In this document: piece after piece, positions 56,400-64,000 of the stretch
Numbering within the stretch: position 1 is the stretch's first letter
Layout: the number at the start of each line of letters is the position of its first letter
Source: Octopus vulgaris
Lineage: Eukaryota
Length of the DNA stretch: 64,000 bases
Reading direction: 5' to 3'
Assembly: GCA_951406725.2 (NCBI GenBank)
Contig: OX597814.1
Span: 180,978,001 to 181,042,000, forward strand
Notes under the pieces: generated by a model
Seen by the model: only the letters and a program-made list of their open reading frames with translations
Databases searched by the model: none
What the model was told of the DNA's origin: nothing
Program-made: the position numbers and the translations under genes

Positions 56400-58675
56400 G
56401 TATGATTTTTAGAGAAAAAAATGCATAGTTCTTCTCTTTGGTTACAGAACCCAACATATTACTGGAAATTTGGCAAAGTATTATACATGCTTCAAACAAG
56501 ATAAATTCTTATTAATAGAAGCTGTTTCCAGAAAGGGCAAAACACATGCTAATCAGACTTCAAATTCTTGGCAATTTGATTTACTGACTTCAGTATTTTC
56601 CCTTGGGATGTAGAAATTTCTCCTAATGTTGAGATTTGCTTTGAAGCAAGACAAGGGAAATAATCTATTGACATGCGATGGGGAAATTTGTGATGTAGTT
56701 ACTTGTTTTTTTTTTTTCTTTTTCAAATTAATGAGGTCTTCATATTAGGATATATCACAGGCAAATAATCAGCGAATACAGAAACAAATTGTAAAAAAGA
56801 AAATCATTAAAATATTAGTATTTGATTATCATCTTAAAGATGAATGAAATAATTCTGGAAGAAGTACTATTCTTTTCAATACTAAAACATTATATGAGAA
56901 AAATGTTGTAGTGAGAGCTGTGGTAGGAGTTAACATGTAAAGTCTAAAGAAATAGGTCATCTGAATAGTCATATATTAGGCAATCACCTGTTTAAAACCA
57001 CAAACATTTCTCTGGCTTATGTTGCATGACTGAAAGCTATGCAAAATGTTTGGTACCTAGTCATATACTACAATGAAAATCAGATATAAAACTTTTGTGC
57101 CTTGTCCAATTTTCATTGATTTTTTAGTATTTTCATCTGTGATGTCTAAGATAAATACTAGCAGTCACCTATTAATTACCATTTATTAATAATGAGGTCA
57201 TGAGAAGTTGCTTACATTGATTATAAGGTTATGTTTCACAGTAACAGTTCTAATTTGCTAATTGAGTACTGTGGTTAACATAATACAGCTTCTCCATAAC
57301 TAATGGATTAACTAAGCAGAAAATGAGAAGATTTATCCTTACAGAAAAAAAAATGATAAATCAACAGGAAACATTATCAATCAATTTATTGGGAACAATG
57401 ATAAAAGCAGTGGTCAGAAAATCATGCCAGATGATGGAAAATCTACCTATTCTGAAACAGTGCCTTATGAATTAAAATTTTAGACTGGATTTTGATTTCA
57501 TCATCTATCATTAATAAATATTTGGGGGACAATCATTGCCAAATAATTTTCAGAAGTATTTTTAAAGGTTTTCTTGAGATATATTAAAAACTCAAGTATG
57601 ACAACTCATGTTGAGTCTATACACAGTCTTACGCTCACATATATATTTAAATTTTGTATCACAATTTATAAGCAATAATACTGGTTCACTGCATTTCATT
57701 TGGTGAGAATAGCAAATTGGCGTCTGTAATTTTTTATAAAAATATTGCAGAGGAATATATTCAGAAACCACCAGTTTTTCAGTTTTTTCACCAACATATT
57801 TGAGCAGAAAGACACCCAGATGCACATTTATGTGTGTGTGTATTGGGTTTCTGCATAATTTCCATGTACCAAATTCAACTCACAAGTTATCAATCAGCTT
57901 GAGGCTATGGCAGAAAACACCTTTCCAATGTTCTACAAAGATGGATAAGATCTAGAACCATTTAATTGAGAATCAAACTTTTCAACCATACAATTATGCT
58001 GTTTGAGCCTGTTCTTGCAAAAATCTTAAGTTCAATATGGTTAGATCACATGCTATCTCATTCAGGCACTACACAAGATGATAAAATATATTTCTACTGA
58101 CAATAGAAAAGATATTACCTTTATATTTTTAGTATGTGTGTACGAAAGGCAATATCTTGATGTTGATTGTAGTAAGTAGTCCTTGTTATTTTTATTATTG
58201 GGCATTTATCCCAATTCTTTACTTAGTGCCTCAAATCATGATATGGTCAGCTTTGCCTTTCATTCTTCCTGGATTGATTTTAAAATAAGGTATCAAATCT
58301 CATAATGACACTGGTATTCAGTGATATTGGCTCTTGCCCTTTACTTGAACATCACCTGTAGCATGGAGAGGGGAGACCACTGGTCTTCCATATAATCTTG
58401 CCCAGATCTGTGCTCTGGACAAGATATTCCAGTGTCACTATCACCTCACCACTGTCCACCAGGACTAGAAGTGAGACTTTCCAGGAACATATGAACATCA
58501 AAAATTATATATATATACATATACACTCTTTCCTTAGATTTTATTTTATTCTAAAACTATTTTCTTCTTTTATTAACTTCCTTTTGTTTATTTTCTTATT
58601 TTAAATTTGATACTATTCTAGTTTATAATAATTCAAAAAAATTTGTTTCAGTATCATCAAACTCTGAATAAATAA

Positions 58676-58751
<76 letters not shown>

Positions 58752-58770
58752 CATACATACATACACACAC
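58676..58770. repeat. Compound (TA)n(TG)n(TA)n(TACA)n microsatellite
   Basis: Read directly from the sequence. Confidence 0.95.
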
Positions 58771-58979
58771 TTTATTTTCTGTTGAAAAATTAGTTTAGAA
58801 GTGTTTCATTGTAAATTAATGTATAATTTAAATATTACTGAAGACATTTTCCAATTCTTATTACAGTTTTTATCACATTGCATCATGTCATTACTATTTG
58901 CTTTGAAGTTTTTACCATTATCTACCAGTAGTCATACCATTAAGGCATGGCAAGCATTATTATTTTATTACACATATTC

Positions 58980-59024
58980 ACACACATATATATATTATAT
59001 GTACATATATATGTATATATATAC

Positions 59025-59074
<50 letters not shown>

Positions 59075-59075
59075 T
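58980..59075. repeat. Imperfect (TA)n microsatellite
   Basis: Read directly; other (TA)n tracts occur near 11617, 14995, 20591, 21265, 32678 and 55257. Confidence 0.95.
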
Positions 59076-60401
59076 CTAGTCATGATATATAATTTTTTTA
59101 ATTGATATATTTATATTTATTTTTCTATATTTTGAAATGTAGATTTTATTCTCAACCTAGCTATGATTGTGGAGTAGATGAATGTTTTAGAGCTACTACT
59201 GCTGCAGGTGCTTTATATTCTGTCATTTAAATCCACTGGGCCACTGTTAGATGAACATCAGCTATGCTTTTTAATGATAAAGTTTCTGTCTTTAACCACC
59301 CCCTCCTTTTTATCTGATTATAAATTCTTTTCTGTACAGTATAAATTTTAAGTATTGATAGTGCATTCTTTGCCTATTTTTCTTTTGCTTCAGTTCTGTG
59401 TTTCTTTTTACACCATCTATGGCTCTTTTATAAACTGTGTCTAATTCCAGTTTGTCTAAGTCTATTTTCCTAGTATTGATATTATAATGAGTTTTCTTGA
59501 ATTCTTTACATCACTGTCAATGTTTTTATGCTCTGTATTTCAATCAGTCTGATCTCCAACTATGTGATCATTGATCCTGCCTAGAATTGACCTTGTAAAC
59601 TTTATTACAAACATACCGTAAGCCATAGTTATATTTCCTAAAGGGTTGTATTTTAAGAAGAGAAAGCCATAGATTTGTTATAATTTTGGATGATTCAGGC
59701 CAATGAAGGATATTAAATTGATTCATACCTTTTGAAGATATGTTGAATCCAGATCAGACTAGTGAAATATTTTACATAAAAACATGTGGTTTGATGTAGG
59801 TATTTTGAAACATTATCATAGTATCAATGCAAATTCATTTTTAGGATGCATAACTACAGAATATTAATTCCATTAAATATGGATAAATCCTCTTGCTACC
59901 ATTAGATAGTTAATTTAAACATATCATACACAGCCACATTGCACATAAATAGAAGAATTGTTACAAATGTCATGAAATCCTTTATTAGACATTGCAGTGA
60001 AAATATGTTGGCTCACAAAAGAATATAGAAACAAAGTAAAGTATTTTTTAAAGTACTAAAAAAATTGAAGATTATGTTTCAAAAAAGAATGAAACAAAGT
60101 TTTGCTAACATAAGCAGAAAGCCATCTTTACAATGACAGATCATTTGTTTGATTTTCTTTCATTTTTATTTATTGAGCACTATTTAAGAAGTCTAATTCA
60201 TACCAATGTATTATTTTGTTTTAAATCCTATTCTTTATAAATATAAATTTATTTCTATATATTTCATATATATTTTCCCAATAAACTTCTCCTAAATGTA
60301 TAATCCCCTGCACTAAAGTTTTTTTTTTCTTTTTTTCTTTTTTTTTTTCACATTGAATGGCTTTTTTTCTATCTGCATTTTTAATATCCTGTTCCGACTA
60401 G

Positions 60402-60419
60402 TTTCTTCTCTGTCTACAC
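60402..60419 (+). CDS. Candidate 18-nt microexon of calcineurin A (V/F-S-S-L-S-T)
   Basis: Long U-rich tract with TGC, gactag|TTTCTTCTCTGTCTACAC|gtaatc; frame-preserving. Splice-signal evidence only. Confidence 0.3.
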
Positions 60420-62554
60420 GTAATCAAATTCATCAATTTTTCTATTGTAAAAATAATTATTGTATTTGTTGTCTTCCTTTTCCTTTTTAATGTTTTTTGT
60501 TTTATTTGGTCTCATTATAATCAACCTTTTTTAATGTGTGGTTAAGATAAACTTACTAAATTGTACCTATTTCTTAAAAGTTTTCTTGTATCTAATTCTG
60601 GCCTTTCATTTGCGTACCAATTCAAATGTAATATGTAAGGGCATGCTCTTGTTCAATTTTCTAAACTATCTAATTTTCAGATACATTTATGTATTTTCTG
60701 CTTCTTAAATTTTAGATAATCTCAGTTTAGTCCGTATTTGTGCCATCTTCACATTATTCCCTCCCTTACTTGGTTCACATTATCATAAAATTAAAAGTCT
60801 TACTCTAGTCTCTTTCTTAATGTTGTTTTATACATTAACACTAAAATTGATGCACTTAGACATTTACTTATGAATTTTTTTCTAAACAAGGGTTTTTACA
60901 CTAGATGCCCTTCCTACTACTAACTCCTCAGCCAGAAACATATATATATATATGTATATATGTTTTGTTTGCTCATGAATTAGATAATCCTACGATTTAA
61001 ATATTCATACAAATTACTAGAAATGTTGTGAAGTTAAGCAACCTTCCTCATACATAACATCCATCTCTTTACATGATTTTTAATTTCCATTTGTTTGAAA
61101 GCAGCAAGTAATGTGCTCTACTAAAAGGGTACTGACACAACTCCTCTGGTCAAATTCAGTTTCCTGTTCTTTTCATCCATGATGGCACAGTACTTATCCT
61201 CTGTGCCTATAATAATTTTTCTACTTCATATCTAATATTTCAATTATTAATAAACATGTGTAAGCGAATATGTGAACACAATCACATATATTCACCACTT
61301 CTTTCTTTTGTTATAAAATTGTTTTATTTTAACTAGCCATCAGATCAAATATGTTTAGAGGCTGAGAAGTTAATGTATTAAAACCACTTGTGCCTTTTTC
61401 AAGGACATTAACGTCATTGAAATGATTTTGAATATAGGACATTGTCAAATTTCAGCTCACTAAGAGTTTAATATGTACTTTATGATAAGCATCATATTTT
61501 GTCTGATAGAAATTATTATGAACAAATTTTTGAGGTTTGTTTTTTTAAATAAATAAATCTGTTTAACAGGTGATCTTTATTGTGTCTGTGGTCCATTGTT
61601 ATAAAAACTTTGTGAAGATATTCTTAGGTTTTAAGCTACTTTTTCATCTCAAACATCATCTGTTCTCAACATCAAAATACTTTTCAATTAAGTCAAATTT
61701 CCATTAACTTCACCTTTTTAGAATTCAGTGTTAACAAGAGGATGTCTTGCTTAATGGCCATAGATTTCATTATTATTCATTTTAGATTGACAGATGATTT
61801 CAAGCAAGCAGTTTAATAAATCTCACAAATTAAAAATGTATATGGATTACTCTTTCACTGGATCCAATTAGTGGACTGCAGCCATGCTGGGGGACAGCCT
61901 CTGATACATTAACTTAGCTATAACCACACTCTACATAGTATTTTTTTTTTTTAGTAAATGTTTATAATTGTTGAAATTTCTATTAAAGACTATTGTTCTG
62001 TTATTTTAAATCCAGTTATAAATCCTTAGTGTAGCTTCTAAGAGGATTGAATATTGAAGATGGATTACAAAACGGACATGTAGCAAAATAACTTCATTTT
62101 ACATAACTATTTCTAAATTTTGCTGAAGACTAATTTATGACAAGGAACTATTTTCATAATTACTTGAAAATAAAGCTTACAACACGGGGTTCTATAATTC
62201 ATCCAGTTATCAATTCATTAGTTGTTTCCGTTCTTATAGCTTGTTGTGTAAATAACCTGAGATGTAGGTTGTTCATTCAAAAAAAGTATTTTGTTAATGG
62301 TAACCATAGAAGCCCTAATGTCTAAAACCCTTGATTTTAGGAAAATACAAGCTCTGGCCATACATAATTAGAGCATAAACATTGGTTATATCTTCAGCTG
62401 TATTTGCTAGGAATTAACTCATTCTCATTTGTTTTATGATTTCACTTTCTTTTAAACCATCTGATTTTCTGCAGTTCTATATATATATAAGAGATGAGGA
62501 ATTATGTACATTATTTACATTTGACGGATATTTGTCCTCATGTTGTTTGTTGTT

Positions 62555-62600
62555 ACCACAACGTTTCGGCTGATATACCCTCCAACCTTCATCAGGTGTC
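62555..62600 (-). ncRNA. Minimal type I hammerhead ribozyme motif (Penelope-type), intact core
   Basis: Minus strand: GACAC CUGAUGA A GGUUG gagggUauau CAGCC GAAA CGUU GUG. Stem I CAC/GUG, stem II GGUUG/CAGCC, palindromic AACGUU in place of stem III. Confidence 0.7.
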
Positions 62601-62733
62601 TTGGAGAAATTTCGAACCTGGGTTCTCATTCCTAAGGGGGTTTTTTTTTACGTTGTTGTTATTATTATTATAACAATAACAACATTGAGAAAAATACCTT
62701 AGGAATGAGAACCCAGGTTCAAAATTTCCCCAA

Positions 62734-62779
62734 GACACCTGGTGAAGGCTGGAGGGTATATCAGCCGAAATGTTGTGTT
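62734..62779 (+). ncRNA. Mutated copy of the same hammerhead motif on the host sense strand
   Basis: GACAC CUGGUGA A GGCUG gagggUauau CAGCC GAAA UGUU GUGUU. The core has CUGA>CUGG and the AACGUU palindrome is broken. Confidence 0.55.
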
Positions 62780-62802
62780 AACAACAAACAAGATGAGTAC
62801 AA

Positions 62803-63125
62803 TTGCAGTGTGGAAGGTGTTTATAAGCCATTTAAGAAACACACAAAACCGTTAGATTCACTTCAACATATAAATTTAATTTGTCAAAATATTTTCGTTG
62901 CTTTGAGACCGCGACCTGTTCACTGACAAAGCTTCGTGGTCAGTGAACAGGTCGCGGTCTCAAAGCAACGAAAATATTTTGACAAATTAAATTTATATGT
63001 TGAAGTGAATCTAACGGTCTTGTGTGTTTCTTAAATGGCTTATAAACACCTTCCACGCTGCAATTGTTTTCGTTCCAGCACACGATCTCAGATCAAGTCA
63101 CTCGCTATGCAAGTACATCTCCATA
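62803..63125. mobile_element. Nested young palindromic element (129-bp arms, 11-nt loop, ~58-nt unique tail) with 13-bp TSD
   Basis: Arms 62799-62927 and 62939-63067 with 2 mismatches seen; direct repeat AAGATGAGTACAA at 62790-62802 and 63126-63138. Confidence 0.92.
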
Positions 63126-64000
63126 AAGATGAGTACAAATATCCATCAAATGTAAATAATGTATCTAATTTTCTGTTCATTAAACATTCACTGGAAATAT
63201 ACCTACACGAAAATCCAAACCTGGGGTGTTTGTAAACTTGCAATAAAAACAAATCTATAGCATGTCGAGATTGTTGTGCACTATTGTAGCCTATTTGTCC
63301 TTGCTTTCATGAATATATTGTAACTCTGTCATACTATGATGCTCATAAACAGTGATGATCTTCATTGTGTGGTGAGCCAGAGAATCTGCTAATGGAGAAC
63401 TGTACAAAGGATAAAGATATGATCGAGATAGTGAAGTGGGTGAAAGAAATGATTTTACTATTTATAGAAGAAGAAGCACAAATTTACTACAATGGAACGA
63501 ATTATTTTAATAATTCTAAACAGAATTTTTTCCTGATGAAAGGAAGTAACACTTGAGCATTCAACAAACTAAAATCTGAAAATTATTATTGAGGAAGAAT
63601 GAGAGATAAAGCTTCCAATTAATTAGTACCTTTTTGTCTAGATGTTAATTAAAATGATCAACTAATAAGCTTTATTTCACACACAGTTGAAATATATAAT
63701 CAAATATTATGTGTCTCTGTATTCCATTTGATGATGCATAATCAGCAGTGTCCATCAATTAGAGATTATTAGCCTTATTAACTTCAAGGCAGCTGGAACA
63801 GAATCAATCACAGCTTTACTGAAAGCATTAGTAACTTGTAAGCGAATTAATGACTACAGATGGGAATTGAAGCCTAGTCTTAGATTCAGCTGACTGGGAA
63901 CTTGTGCCTTTTCTATGGTTATTCATAGTTTAAAATGAAATACCATTCTAAAATTTTAGAACAGTATTCTGTTTATCTAGATATCTGTAATTTAATACAT

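Larger units (their letters stand above)
62473..63170. mobile_element. Fold-back (inverted pLTR-like) element, probably Penelope-like retroelement-derived, interrupted by a nested second palindrome
   Basis: The left arm (about 62500-62665) is the reverse complement of 62675-62802 plus 63139-63170; each arm contains a hammerhead motif. Confidence 0.85.

Noticed and set aside
59161-59177. Acceptor-like caacctag followed by in-frame AMIVE* (possible alternative terminal exon)
   Set aside because: Short pyrimidine tract next to a TA microsatellite and no supporting donor or convincing polyadenylation context.
63365-63556. 63-aa ORF considered as the next calcineurin exon
   Set aside because: It has no similarity to the expected calmodulin-binding RKEVIRNKIRAIGKMARVF sequence.

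Overview
AT-rich eukaryotic genomic DNA, very likely an Octopus species (inferred from the SINE families and the TA/CA microsatellite load, not from a database search). The whole window lies inside one large + strand gene for the calcineurin A catalytic subunit (PP2B, PPP3C family). Eight consecutive coding exons (7492-54311) have canonical AG/GT borders and join into one open frame, from the GDIHGQ motif through the calcineurin-B-binding helix. The first exons and the calmodulin-binding/autoinhibitory exons lie outside the window. The introns (146 bp to about 17.5 kb) are filled with several SINE families, RTE LINE fragments, decayed hAT, Buster and Tc1/mariner transposons, an intact non-autonomous Helitron and microsatellites. 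Apart from these exons and transposon relics, the listed ORFs look spurious. Three observations stand out. (1) A nested pair of fold-back elements at 62.5-63.2 kb: the outer one carries Penelope-type minimal hammerhead ribozyme motifs, and the inner one is a near-perfect 129-bp-arm hairpin with a 13-bp target-site duplication and a hammerhead-like fold with a non-canonical core. (2) A cluster of candidate frame-preserving 9/9/18-nt microexons in the regulatory linker intron. (3) Inverted SINE pairs flanking frame-closed exon blocks, which could favour circRNA formation or RNA editing. All three need RNA-level confirmation.
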